In this document: positions 19,202 through 27,990 of the stretch, one piece after another
Layout: every line of letters begins with the position of its first letter
Position numbering within the stretch: position 1 is the stretch's first letter
IMG/VR virus record: IMGVR_UViG_3300014204_006419
Strand: one strand, 5' to 3'
From: a virus
Taxonomy: Duplodnaviria > Heunggongvirae > Uroviricota > Caudoviricetes
DNA length: 50,164 bases
Notes under the pieces: generated by a model
The model's database searches: none
Told to the model about the DNA's origin: nothing
What the model saw: the letters and a program-made list of their open reading frames with translations, nothing else
Position numbers and translations under genes: made by a program

Positions 19202-19633
19202 TCAATCCCTCTCTTTCGTGTTTAACTTTGCCAATTCTGCTCTTGAAATTGCTACTAGATTTTCTACATTATCGTTATCTTTGTTTCCATCTTTGTGATA
19301 GATTACAAAACCATTTGGTATCTTTCCGTACCTTTGTTCATAAATGTATCTCGGTCTGCGAACCCGAACGTTTGCAGCAATTGCCAAGTACGCACAATCG
19401 TTTATTATATGCTGTACGCCACCTTTCCACTGTGGATGCTTATCTAATGCAGTGTCTCCTTGTTTCCATTCAGAGAGAGGAGATAAGTGCATGGATACTC
19501 CCTTGTTCCAGGTTTCGTGCCCTGGTTTGAATTTATACGCTGCAACTGGACTTCTACCTTCTTGATATTGTTGCCTGCCCATATCTTGCAAACGCTTTCT
19601 CGTTTCTTTTGAATGATGAGTTCCAGGCTGCAT
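19202..19633 (-). CDS. HNH endonuclease (HNH_3 type) with NUMOD3-like N-terminus
   Basis: HHSKETRKRL; IYHKDGNKDNDNVENLVAISRAEL. Confidence 0.8.
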   Translation of the reverse strand: MQPGTHHSKETRKRLQDMGRQQYQEGRSPVAAYKFKPGHETWNKGVSMHLSPLSEWKQGDTALDKHPQWKGGVQHIINDCAYLAIAANVRVRRPRYIYEQRYGKIPNGFVIYHKDGNKDNDNVENLVAISRAELAKLNTKERD

Positions 19634-19637
19634 TTAA

Positions 19638-20060
19638 TCACCAGTTTTCAGTGCTTATATGTTTACCAATACACTTCTGCAGATACACCAACAACTCGTT
19701 TCTTCTTTCTTTCTTGTCTATGCAATCTTCTTTGAAGAACGGTTTATCTGATTCTGTTTTTGGATTTCCTTCTAGGTATTTTATCTTCTGCTTTACCTCT
19801 TCAAGTTCTCCTTTACCAAACTTTCCTAGTTCCCAGTGTTGCCCTTTAATTCCTACTATTTGTTCTGCTAGATTCGCGTGTTTGCAGAATCTAGTTACAA
19901 ACCATTCACCGAATTGACTGTGTGGTTCACCCATGCTGGCTTCGTCAATTCTAAATGCGTGAACTTTTGGTTCTTTGTTGGGTTCTTTTTCCCAGCGTGA
20001 ATCAAAGTCATTTTCGAATTCTTGGCATACTATCATTACATCGCTGCTCATGTCAATCAC
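19638..20060 (-). CDS. Hypothetical protein
   Basis: ORF track. Confidence 0.65.
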   Translation of the reverse strand: MIDMSSDVMIVCQEFENDFDSRWEKEPNKEPKVHAFRIDEASMGEPHSQFGEWFVTRFCKHANLAEQIVGIKGQHWELGKFGKGELEEVKQKIKYLEGNPKTESDKPFFKEDCIDKKERRNELLVYLQKCIGKHISTENW

Positions 20061-20697
20061 CGAATAGTACCCTGTTCAGGATACTTGTATTTGATTTTTT
20101 GATTACTGCGTTCTTTATCTTATTTTTCTTTTTGAGTTCGTCGAATTCATCCTTTATCTGTTCTTTTAGTTTTTTTGCTTCTTCTCTTTCTTCATCATCG
20201 TGCTTGCGTATATCTCCTAATAACGCCAAAATGATAAATGGAGACAATCCGATTACAAGAGGGGAGACAATAATCATTATCGTTATGGCTACTAAAGCTT
20301 CGAAGAGTAATTCGAATATGTTCATTTTCTTTTCTGCTTCGAAGTGCTGCGGATGCATTTCATGCTCACACCTTGGGCAGTACCAATCCTTTGATGAGCA
20401 GTAGCTTTCGTACCTTCCACACCGTATGCATCTGAGAGATTCTTTGTTTGTTTGGTTTATTGCTTTAACCATCTCAGAGGTTTCTTTGTCAATCAAACAA
20501 GTTTTGTAGCTCTTGATTGCATCTCTTAAAAAAATATACCCTACGGTAGCTACGACAAGCAAGGTGCAAAACGCAAGAATACAAAATACTAATGTGGGTA
20601 TTGAGAACATTACAACGGCTACTTTAGCCGTTACAACTGTTACCTTAGCTGTTGTTACTGCAGTTAGCACAGGAAGGGCAATCATATTAATCACCAC
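20053..20697 (-). CDS. Membrane protein with internal zinc ribbon
   Basis: TM segments flanking CIRC and CPRC. Confidence 0.65.
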   Translation of the reverse strand: MVINMIALPVLTAVTTAKVTVVTAKVAVVMFSIPTLVFCILAFCTLLVVATVGYIFLRDAIKSYKTCLIDKETSEMVKAINQTNKESLRCIRCGRYESYCSSKDWYCPRCEHEMHPQHFEAEKKMNIFELLFEALVAITIMIIVSPLVIGLSPFIILALLGDIRKHDDEEREEAKKLKEQIKDEFDELKKKNKIKNAVIKKSNTSILNRVLFGD

Positions 20698-21020
20698 TTA
20701 GTTGGCTTCAAATAAGTATCTATCTTCCACTGGCGTCTACAGTTTGAGCACGATGCAGTTATGCATACCATAAGTTCTCCATCTTCAGTAAATTTAGTAT
20801 TATGGAAGCCATCTATACGTGCACATAGTTCCTCTTTTCTAAGATTTTCATTTAGGTGCTGTATCTCTGCTCTTGTTTTTTCATCAAATACAAAGTACTC
20901 TCGTGCGGTCATAGTATCCTTTGCACTCTCAATATCCTGTTTAAGTTTGTCTATTCTGTCCGTAGTCTTATTTGAACAGAATGGACACGGTTCCCATGCA
21001 TCAGCGGACATCATAATCAC
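20691..21020 (-). CDS. Zinc-ribbon protein with helical insert
   Basis: CPFC and CSNC. Confidence 0.65.
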   Translation of the reverse strand: MIMMSADAWEPCPFCSNKTTDRIDKLKQDIESAKDTMTAREYFVFDEKTRAEIQHLNENLRKEELCARIDGFHNTKFTEDGELMVCITASCSNCRRQWKIDTYLKPTKW

Positions 21021-21659
21021 CTATTCGACCTTCTTCTCTTCCATCATCGCTACCCAGCGAGTGTATGGCTTTTGCGCTCTCCATCCGAATCCTTCTATGT
21101 CACTCTTTGAATCTGAATCATCTCCTGGGTGTTGTGATGGTTTTACGTACAGCCAGCTAACCAGCTTGTTCTTACCAAAACAGAAGTAAACCTTTATGTC
21201 ATTGTAGGTGAGTTCTTTCAATCCTAGGATTACGAGTCCATTGGGTAGGGTCTTGTATTTTGCTACCGCGTTTGGCAAACTCATTTTTATCTTTTCTCTC
21301 ATCTGCTTTGTTGCATCGCTGTAGTTGTACCAGTTGAAGAAATCGCTGCGCCAGTTGATTATGTCTTTCTTGTGGTGTGGCTCCTCTTCAAATACTAACT
21401 CTGGAAGTTTGCCTACCCACTTTGCTGCTGATTCGGTTCTGAAAAGAGCGTCGCTTAGCTTACTGATTGCATCCCTTTGGATTCTTGCAACGTTTTCAGC
21501 AGTTCGGTATGGCTCTGCAATATCCTCTATCTGATTGTAAAGTGCAATTGTCTTTTCGTTTCTCTCAGCTTCGAGTTGGTTTATCTTTATTCTCAAAGAC
21601 TCAACCATTGCCTGTGCTTCAGCGTATGTCTTCGGTTCTGTTTCTCCCACTTCAATCAA
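21021..21659 (-). CDS. Hypothetical protein with N-terminal coiled coil
   Basis: ORF track. Confidence 0.7.
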   Translation of the reverse strand: MIEVGETEPKTYAEAQAMVESLRIKINQLEAERNEKTIALYNQIEDIAEPYRTAENVARIQRDAISKLSDALFRTESAAKWVGKLPELVFEEEPHHKKDIINWRSDFFNWYNYSDATKQMREKIKMSLPNAVAKYKTLPNGLVILGLKELTYNDIKVYFCFGKNKLVSWLYVKPSQHPGDDSDSKSDIEGFGWRAQKPYTRWVAMMEEKKVE

Positions 21660-21664
21660 CCCCT

Positions 21665-21725
21665 ACGAAGGTCATCCTTCGTAATGTATTCCTTATGAAC
21701 CTACTACTATATAAAGGTATCGTTT
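21665..21725 (-). promoter_or_regulatory. Promoter plus leader hairpin ACGAAGG-ATGA-CCTTCGT, near-identical to 7601-7662
   Basis: About 47-nt match to 7615-7662 with one indel. Confidence 0.85.
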
Positions 21726-22225
21726 TAGAGTAGTGGTTTATACTTTCGGTATAACCTTTCTGCTACTGCGTCGGCATCAGGTTCAGTTCTTAGCTTGTAG
21801 AAACCGTGTTCATCTACGTAGGCAAAACTGCCATCCTGCAACTTTCTGATTGCTGCGTTCTCTGAGAATAAGTTCCTTAGAATCGGTACTCTGGATAGAT
21901 GTTCGTGTTCCGAGATTCGCTTTCTTCCTAATTGGTGGTGATGTGCGAACTCGTGCAAGAGACAGAAAACAAGTTCATCAAATCGGTTGTCAAACGTATA
22001 TTTGTTTTCTGAATACCTACCTCTTTTTGAATATCTGCCTATTCTGTCTTTTAGGCTTGGTGTGGTTCTCTCTGGTAGATAGATTGTTACTTTGTTTCCT
22101 TTTGAGACTCCGTTGATTGCTGCTATATTCTTTTCTTTGAATTCGATTGATACTTTTGTTGGAAGAAGATTCTGGGCTATGCTAACTGCTTCTTGCAATT
22201 CTTGCGTGTTGTAGTTAGTGCTCAT
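21725..22225 (-). CDS. Zincin-like metallopeptidase
   Basis: LLHEFAHHHQ (HExxH) and downstream EPDAD. Confidence 0.75.
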   Translation of the reverse strand: MSTNYNTQELQEAVSIAQNLLPTKVSIEFKEKNIAAINGVSKGNKVTIYLPERTTPSLKDRIGRYSKRGRYSENKYTFDNRFDELVFCLLHEFAHHHQLGRKRISEHEHLSRVPILRNLFSENAAIRKLQDGSFAYVDEHGFYKLRTEPDADAVAERLYRKYKPLL

Positions 22226-22229
22226 TGGA

Positions 22230-22406
22230 TTACCTTGTTACAACGCAACAGTAGCATTGATTTGATTTATATATTGACCTTGGGTGCTTCAAATGGCTAC
22301 AGATTCGATATACTAGATTTCCAGAAAGGTCTGCGTGATATACCTTATCCTTAGGGTTTGTGACTTCTTGAATCGCTTCTAGAAGTAATGCATCGGAATT
22401 ATTCAT
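22230..22406 (-). CDS. 58-aa hypothetical protein
   Basis: Manual translation MNNSDALLLEAIQEV...CYCCVVTR. Confidence 0.5.
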   Translation of the reverse strand: MNNSDALLLEAIQEVTNPKDKVYHADLSGNLVYRICSHLKHPRSIYKSNQCYCCVVTR

Positions 22407-22418
22407 AGTGTTTCACTC

Positions 22419-22583
22419 TCACAGTAACTTATCTATCTTTCCTTCTATCCCCAAACCTTCACCACGATTATACTCTTTTGTGTAACAATCTTGGCAAACA
22501 ACTTTTTCGTATTTTTTACCAGTGTCTATGAATACTGGGTCAGTTGTTTTTGTTCCACAGATAAAACATTTCAATGGTTTCAT
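22419..22583 (-). CDS. 54-aa zinc-ribbon protein ending in the KIDKLL tag
   Basis: Manual translation MKPLKCFICG...VCQDCY...GIEGKIDKLL. Confidence 0.7.
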   Translation of the reverse strand: MKPLKCFICGTKTTDPVFIDTGKKYEKVVCQDCYTKEYNRGEGLGIEGKIDKLL

Positions 22584-22593
22584 TTAGCCCACC

Positions 22594-22824
22594 TCACAGT
22601 AACTTCTCAATCTTTCTATCTAATGAACTTTTCTTGCTAACCCTGCTAGCTCGTTTTGCTTCGGTCACATCAATATCAATGTCTGTTCCACATCCCCAGC
22701 ACGAACCTGTCGCATTTACATTATTATCATATCTTGTTAGTTCTACTTCAGAACCACAATTTGGGCAAGTTGAATAAATATTTTCTGAATGTCCCATCTT
22801 AAATCCCTCCACTGCCGAACGCAA
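22594..22824 (-). CDS. Zinc-ribbon protein ending LDRKIEKLL
   Basis: CPNC and CWGC; C-terminal tag. Confidence 0.75.
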   Translation of the reverse strand: MRSAVEGFKMGHSENIYSTCPNCGSEVELTRYDNNVNATGSCWGCGTDIDIDVTEAKRASRVSKKSSLDRKIEKLL

Positions 22825-23125
22825 CTTCCTGTGCGTTTCGGATAAATGCTCCTTTCCTTTTTTCTAGCAGATTGGTGTTATCTAGATTCCTGGAGTTGTA
22901 AACCATATTCTCTGTGTATCTTGGTGGCTGACTTGGTTTGTAATTTGGATTATTCACTGGTGGGTGTTCCGCCTTCAATCCATGCTTGATTCTCAAATGG
23001 TCAATCACAATTATGTGGAGATACCTATTTGGAACCTTTTCGTGCTCCCATTTCTGCTGATTGAACTCAGCCCAGTATTCTTCTTGATTATACGTAAAAC
23101 TCATATTTTCACCTCTTATGTTCAT
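22799..23125 (-). CDS. Hypothetical protein
   Basis: ORF track. Confidence 0.6.
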   Translation of the reverse strand: MNIRGENMSFTYNQEEYWAEFNQQKWEHEKVPNRYLHIIVIDHLRIKHGLKAEHPPVNNPNYKPSQPPRYTENMVYNSRNLDNTNLLEKRKGAFIRNAQEVAFGSGGI

Positions 23126-23131
23126 GTTAGA

Positions 23132-23455
23132 TTACCGTTTTATAACTGATAGACCTTTTCTTTCTTTGAGTGGAACTATAAAATCTAATGCTCCAGGATT
23201 AATATTTGAAACGGCTAGACCAACTTTAGGATTTGCTGGGAGTGTATACATATTACCAAATAATTTATTTTGATTTTTGACTGCTTCGAGTACATTTGAT
23301 TTTATTATAGCATATTTTTTTCTATCATTTGGTTTATGCAAATTAAGGTATACAACTGGACGAATATATCCTACTGCGTAACTTGGTGCAGGAGATAATC
23401 TGTAGTCTGTTGTGAATTTTATGCCGTATATTGTTAGTTTATCCATAGTGTTCAC
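23132..23455 (-). CDS. Hypothetical protein
   Basis: ORF track; GAGGTGA RBS. Confidence 0.7.
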   Translation of the reverse strand: MNTMDKLTIYGIKFTTDYRLSPAPSYAVGYIRPVVYLNLHKPNDRKKYAIIKSNVLEAVKNQNKLFGNMYTLPANPKVGLAVSNINPGALDFIVPLKERKGLSVIKR

Positions 23456-23457
23456 CT

Positions 23458-23880
23458 CTATAAGAACGGTACTATTTTTTCATCAATTTCTTCTTCGTGG
23501 AACGTAATGCACTGATAAACTTTTGCTAGCGCATCGCTTCTTCTTGCGTAGTTCGCAGGAGTATCATATGCATAGCCGTACTTTGAATATGCAGCAACTT
23601 GATATGCAGCAGGCATTCCGATGTCTCTCTTATTTACTGGCTCGATTAGGTCGATAGTTAATTCTCCGTCTGCGGTTTTGTATTCCTTTGTGAACTTGTT
23701 TGCTTGGCGGATTTTCATCCCAATAATCTTGACATACGAATCTGTTATCGCGGAACCCCATCTGCCAATTGCGTATTCATATGCCCTTTTTATTGTTGGA
23801 AATTCGTTCTTGAAGTTAGTCGTGTCTGTTTGTCTCCTTACTTCTGGATGAAAGATTAAAACATATTCCATGTGTCTCAC
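23458..23880 (-). CDS. Hypothetical protein ending IDEKIVPFL (tag variant)
   Basis: ORF track. Confidence 0.7.
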   Translation of the reverse strand: MRHMEYVLIFHPEVRRQTDTTNFKNEFPTIKRAYEYAIGRWGSAITDSYVKIIGMKIRQANKFTKEYKTADGELTIDLIEPVNKRDIGMPAAYQVAAYSKYGYAYDTPANYARRSDALAKVYQCITFHEEEIDEKIVPFL

Positions 23881-24188
23881 CTCAGCAAATCATCTACTCT
23901 GTCAACGATTCTTTCTTTCCTCAGTGGTGCGAGATTTCTCAGACCAACTGATAATTGGTGAACGAGTGGAGCATCTACCTCATCGAATTCTCTTCTAGCT
24001 GCTTCTTCGACTCGTTCTCCGAATCTTCCTGGTGTGTACCTTCCGAAGACTTCTCCACCTTCATGCAAACGTCCAGCAATAGTGCGATATGGTCTGATAG
24101 AGTATTCTGCATTCTTGCCTCTGCCCCAGCGGATTAATTCAATTTGGTATCCGTCCTTGAGTTTCCTGGTTTTGATTACAACGCCCAT
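23877..24188 (-). CDS. Hypothetical protein ending VDRVDDLLR (tag variant)
   Basis: ORF track. Confidence 0.7.
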   Translation of the reverse strand: MGVVIKTRKLKDGYQIELIRWGRGKNAEYSIRPYRTIAGRLHEGGEVFGRYTPGRFGERVEEAARREFDEVDAPLVHQLSVGLRNLAPLRKERIVDRVDDLLR

Positions 24189-24421
24189 CAGAATACACCC
24201 GCCTTGTGGTCTGCACCGAATGCCATCGCTCTTATTAGGTCAAGTGCTTGATTCTTCGTTAGACCTGTTTGATATGTGCTCAGCATTCTTTGACCGCTCT
24301 TGTCGTATATATCAACTGCGCAGTATCCGTACCTATATCCGACATCTATCTTTACGTTCAGCATTGCAGATACTTTTTCTGCGACAGTTTCGAGTTGTTC
24401 TCTTGTAATTCTTTCAACCAT
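24188..24421 (-). CDS. Hypothetical protein
   Basis: ORF track. Confidence 0.65.
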   Translation of the reverse strand: MVERITREQLETVAEKVSAMLNVKIDVGYRYGYCAVDIYDKSGQRMLSTYQTGLTKNQALDLIRAMAFGADHKAGVF

Positions 24422-24793
24422 TTAAATCACCCACTTCACGTTTTCTTTAACTTCTCTGTCGATATTTCTGCTCAAATTTCTCATTGCCTTTGGTCTCTTA
24501 ATATTGTTTCTGGCGTAATGTTTAAAGCTTTCGGTTCCTTCGAGTTCTTCGTCAATTTCGTGTTCCAAGTATCCTGCCTTGTCTAGAGCGATTCTAGTTC
24601 TCGAATCCGCATGAGCGTATGCGCATTCATTTCCTCTCTTTATTCTGTCTGCCCATTCTGCCAAGTATCCATAGGAATGCTCTAGTGGAAATCTTGTTGA
24701 CGCAAATTTGATGAACCTTGCTTGTTCTACTTTGCTTAGTGGAAAGAATTCCGCTGCAACTTCTTTGATTAGAGTTATTCCCATTGGCACCAC
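24422..24793 (-). CDS. Hypothetical protein (IDREVKE near the C-terminus)
   Basis: ORF track. Confidence 0.7.
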   Translation of the reverse strand: MVPMGITLIKEVAAEFFPLSKVEQARFIKFASTRFPLEHSYGYLAEWADRIKRGNECAYAHADSRTRIALDKAGYLEHEIDEELEGTESFKHYARNNIKRPKAMRNLSRNIDREVKENVKWVI

Positions 24794-24794
24794 C

Positions 24795-25013
24795 TCATAA
24801 CAGTTCTTTTATCTTTCTGTCAATTGTTGATTTTGCGTACCATTTGCTTGACCAAAGTTGTGCGCCTACTTGATTATCAATAACGAACATCTCTTTATTG
24901 TCGCTTGGGCTAAATTGTGATTTGGCATATGAAATTGCTTCGCGTTGATTCGAGAATGTTTCGTCCAGGTTTCCTTCTCCGTAATATACGTAGTATCGGT
25001 CTTTCGAGTTCAT
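24795..25013 (-). CDS. Hypothetical protein ending IDRKIKELL
   Basis: ORF track; C-terminal tag. Confidence 0.75.
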   Translation of the reverse strand: MNSKDRYYVYYGEGNLDETFSNQREAISYAKSQFSPSDNKEMFVIDNQVGAQLWSSKWYAKSTIDRKIKELL

Positions 25014-25023
25014 GATTTCACCT

Positions 25024-25308
25024 TCATAACAGTTTCTCTATTCGGTCATCAATTCCGCTGCTTATGCGCTTTGCGATTGTTCTTCTTATTGCTTCACGTG
25101 CGTATTGTGGAAGATATTCGGGATTGTCGTATGTAACCCATCCATCTGGTTGCACGTGTGGATAATCCGTATGCCCACCTGCAACTGTGACAAGCATCTT
25201 TTTTCCTTCTCTGAAAGGTCTTGGGTCATCTACTGCGACAAGAGCATAGATTCCCTTTTGCCATAAAATTTCTTCGTTCTTGTATGTTGTCAATGCCATT
25301 GGTTTCAC
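25024..25308 (-). CDS. Hypothetical protein ending IDDRIEKLL
   Basis: ORF track; C-terminal tag. Confidence 0.75.
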   Translation of the reverse strand: MKPMALTTYKNEEILWQKGIYALVAVDDPRPFREGKKMLVTVAGGHTDYPHVQPDGWVTYDNPEYLPQYAREAIRRTIAKRISSGIDDRIEKLL

Positions 25309-25310
25309 CT

Positions 25311-25589
25311 CTAATCTCTTGAGCTTAATTCTTCACGAATCGAACTTCCCAAGTCTGCTAAACGTATTCTGCTCGGTCTTTCCAATTCGTGAGAGCGTAA
25401 TTCGTGCGCATGAACTCGTTTCGGTTGAATTCTTTCTACGTAAACACTGTGAATCGGTACTTCATTACCAACTTGTGATTTTATCTTTCTAAGAATCTTT
25501 CGCGTGGCTTCGCGCTTGTCTTTGGCGTTTACTACTTCTGTGTAATGTGCGCCAAGCCCAACTTCAACACTGCTTCCATATCTTGCCAT
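25311..25589 (-). CDS. Hypothetical protein
   Basis: ORF track; GAGGTG RBS. Confidence 0.65.
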   Translation of the reverse strand: MARYGSSVEVGLGAHYTEVVNAKDKREATRKILRKIKSQVGNEVPIHSVYVERIQPKRVHAHELRSHELERPSRIRLADLGSSIREELSSRD

Positions 25590-25598
25590 TTTAACACC

Positions 25599-25853
25599 TC
25601 AATTTACTGGAAATAATTTCATATAATCTTTCATGTACTTTCTTGCTTTCACAATAGAGCTGACTATGGTTAATATCTGCTCTTTACCTGTGAACGTGTT
25701 TCTTAGAATTACACAGTAGTTGTCCATTGCTGCAGAGAATTTCTTTGCAATCAACGCATGGTTATCTTGGTAATAAACTCCCTGAGTATATACGTTGTCA
25801 CTTTCTTTTATCCATCCTGTTCCCATCATCTTCACCTCAGAGTAATTTCTCAA
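25599..25853 (-). CDS. Hypothetical protein (true start probably MMGTGW)
   Basis: GAGGTGAAG precedes ATGATG. Confidence 0.65.
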   Translation of the reverse strand: MRNYSEVKMMGTGWIKESDNVYTQGVYYQDNHALIAKKFSAAMDNYCVILRNTFTGKEQILTIVSSIVKARKYMKDYMKLFPVN

Positions 25854-26151
25854 CTTTGTCGTTCCAGCCGTATGGATTAATCTGCTCAGATTTTCCGCTG
25901 CGGCTTAAATCCAAGTTTCCTGTACTTGAATCGTAGTTCCACCACTTTCCAGAAGTTCCGATATATCCGACTTGTTTGTGGCTGAATGAATTCCGTGCAT
26001 CCCACAAGTTTGCTTGAACCCATTTGTGTCTATTCTCTTCTGCATATTTGATTGCCTTTGCAAGACTGCCAAATCTTTTAGAAGCTTTCTGGGTAAATTT
26101 CTTATCCCCCACATTCCAATATTCCCAGTACCAGTATCCCATTGTCTTCAC
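25837..26151 (-). CDS. Hypothetical protein ending NDKVEKLL
   Basis: ORF track; C-terminal tag. Confidence 0.75.
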   Translation of the reverse strand: MKTMGYWYWEYWNVGDKKFTQKASKRFGSLAKAIKYAEENRHKWVQANLWDARNSFSHKQVGYIGTSGKWWNYDSSTGNLDLSRSGKSEQINPYGWNDKVEKLL

Positions 26152-26152
26152 C

Positions 26153-26503
26153 TCATTTCTTAGGAATTTCTATAATTTCTGCTAACCCTTGGTTAGTATA
26201 AAAACTATTTCGGATATTCGATTTGTCAAATGCATATCTTTCTTCTATTCCTCCGTATCTATCCTTTACAATAAATCTCTTTAGATATGGACTAAAATCA
26301 AACATTATGCCAAGAAGTGGTACTCCGCGTTTGCTATAGGTATTTGACACAATATGCTGGAATACGTAGTCCTTCTCTTCACGTGTCAGTGGTTTTCCAG
26401 ACCATGCTTTCTGATGAATATCGAAAATCTTGGTTCCGATTACGTTTTCGATTTTCCCTCGGTCATTGAATGCGTATAATCCCTTGTATCCCATTGTCTT
26501 CAC
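26153..26503 (-). CDS. Hypothetical protein
   Basis: ORF track; start region identical to the previous gene. Confidence 0.7.
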   Translation of the reverse strand: MKTMGYKGLYAFNDRGKIENVIGTKIFDIHQKAWSGKPLTREEKDYVFQHIVSNTYSKRGVPLLGIMFDFSPYLKRFIVKDRYGGIEERYAFDKSNIRNSFYTNQGLAEIIEIPKK

Positions 26504-26504
26504 C

Positions 26505-26735
26505 TCAGAGTAACTTGTCTATCCTCTTGCTGATTCCTTTTACTGGACTTTCACTTTCTAGGATTCCGACTGTCTCGGCAATTTCCATGGCTGCTTCAGA
26601 TGTTTCAATCTTTGTATTCTCGAAAATGTCTTCAGCAAACCTACCTAGGTCTGATGCTAACTTTGGATTAGTTTTAACTACGTTTCTTGCGTAATGAATT
26701 GCTTCGTAATATCCATCTGGTAATCCGTGTTCCAT
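26505..26735 (-). CDS. Hypothetical protein ending ISKRIDKLL
   Basis: ORF track; C-terminal tag. Confidence 0.75.
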   Translation of the reverse strand: MEHGLPDGYYEAIHYARNVVKTNPKLASDLGRFAEDIFENTKIETSEAAMEIAETVGILESESPVKGISKRIDKLL

Positions 26736-26747
26736 GTTTATTTCACC

Positions 26748-27221
26748 TCAAAGTAAATTGTCTATTTTTTTATCCAACTTTGTATTCTTAATAAATTTGC
26801 TTACTGTTCCAGCATGTATGACTTCATTCACATTCCCCTTTCCATATTTTTCTTCTGCTCGCTTCATAGCTTCTGATTTTGTTTTAGCTTCTATATCATC
26901 ATAAATTCTCATGTTTTCTCCGTGCCCCAAATCGTTCATTAGGGGTCTCCAGACTTCTGTTTGCTGAACAGTTACTGCTCCACTTTCAAGTGCGCCACGA
27001 AGAGTTTTATCTGATTGTGATGCAGGTACTAAATCTTCTAGGAATATTCCGCGAACTCGCCCGTCATCAAATCTTACCCATGCCATTTTTCTTCCTGGGT
27101 CGGAAAATCCTTCTAAACGAATTCCTGCATTATCGTTATCTCCAAAAAATCTAGATGCACCTTCTATTGAAACTCGTTCTCCAACTTTTGGAATTCTGAA
27201 ATGTCTTCCCATGTCAATCAT
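26748..27221 (-). CDS. SH3/Tudor-like two-module protein ending LDKKIDNLL
   Basis: KVGERVSI...AWVRFDDG pattern; C-terminal tag. Confidence 0.7.
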   Translation of the reverse strand: MIDMGRHFRIPKVGERVSIEGASRFFGDNDNAGIRLEGFSDPGRKMAWVRFDDGRVRGIFLEDLVPASQSDKTLRGALESGAVTVQQTEVWRPLMNDLGHGENMRIYDDIEAKTKSEAMKRAEEKYGKGNVNEVIHAGTVSKFIKNTKLDKKIDNLL

Positions 27222-27631
27222 CTCCTTGGTTTTAACTCCTTTTCGTTTCCGTGCCCAATAAAATCCAAATGGTCGTAACCTACGTTAATCCAGCTACCAG
27301 ACTCTACTCCATACCTCTTTCTTAATTCAGCGAGAAGTTCATTGCTCTGTGGACTCCAGATAGTTGGATTCCAGTATGCGGTACCTTTTATGAATGGTCT
27401 TCCGAATTTATCTTTACCTCTTTCAGTAATTTTGATTTTTATTTTGTATTCACTTGCAGCAGGCATTGACGCTCCTTCGTAAACAATAATCGCTTTGTTC
27501 ATCCCAAGCATTCGGCTTTCTACTTGCGAGTATCCTTTATTCTCGTACATGGTTTTGAGTCTCTCGCCTTTCCTTATACTCTTTATATCATTCAAATCTA
27601 CAATGATTTCGTATCGAGCCATGATAGTCAT
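27218..27631 (-). CDS. Hypothetical protein
   Basis: ORF track. Confidence 0.7.
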   Translation of the reverse strand: MTIMARYEIIVDLNDIKSIRKGERLKTMYENKGYSQVESRMLGMNKAIIVYEGASMPAASEYKIKIKITERGKDKFGRPFIKGTAYWNPTIWSPQSNELLAELRKRYGVESGSWINVGYDHLDFIGHGNEKELKPRR

Positions 27632-27939
27632 CTCCTCTTCGCCAAACTATTTTCATTAACGTAATGCAATAATCCTGTTTTGCTATCTCTGACGCGATAC
27701 TTTGTTGGGTCTTCGTGGTCTCCTTTTCGGATATGTGTTATAACCCCTAGTTCAGTTCCATAGTATTTTACTTCGTCTCCTATATCCAAAGGTTCTTTGT
27801 ATAATAGTTTTCCACATGTTTTGCAGGTCGTGAATGGATTACTTATAATTGGGATGTAATTTGCTCCGCAGTATGGGCACATATGAGTTTCATGCTTGTT
27901 GCGGATTGGTTTGATAATGCTTTCAAGGTCTTGTTTCAT
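27628..27939 (-). CDS. Zinc ribbon plus SH3/KOW-like domain protein
   Basis: CPYC and CKTC; IGDEVKY...GVITHI...YRV. Confidence 0.65.
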   Translation of the reverse strand: MKQDLESIIKPIRNKHETHMCPYCGANYIPIISNPFTTCKTCGKLLYKEPLDIGDEVKYYGTELGVITHIRKGDHEDPTKYRVRDSKTGLLHYVNENSLAKRR

Positions 27940-27960
27940 TTGCTCACCCTTTCAATCATA

Positions 27961-27990
27961 TTGTTTAAACCATACTTTATAAACCTTTAC
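27961..27990 (-). promoter_or_regulatory. Promoter GTAAAGGTTTATAAAGTATGGTTTAAACAA heading the small-gene operon
   Basis: Similar to 35654-35684. Confidence 0.65.
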
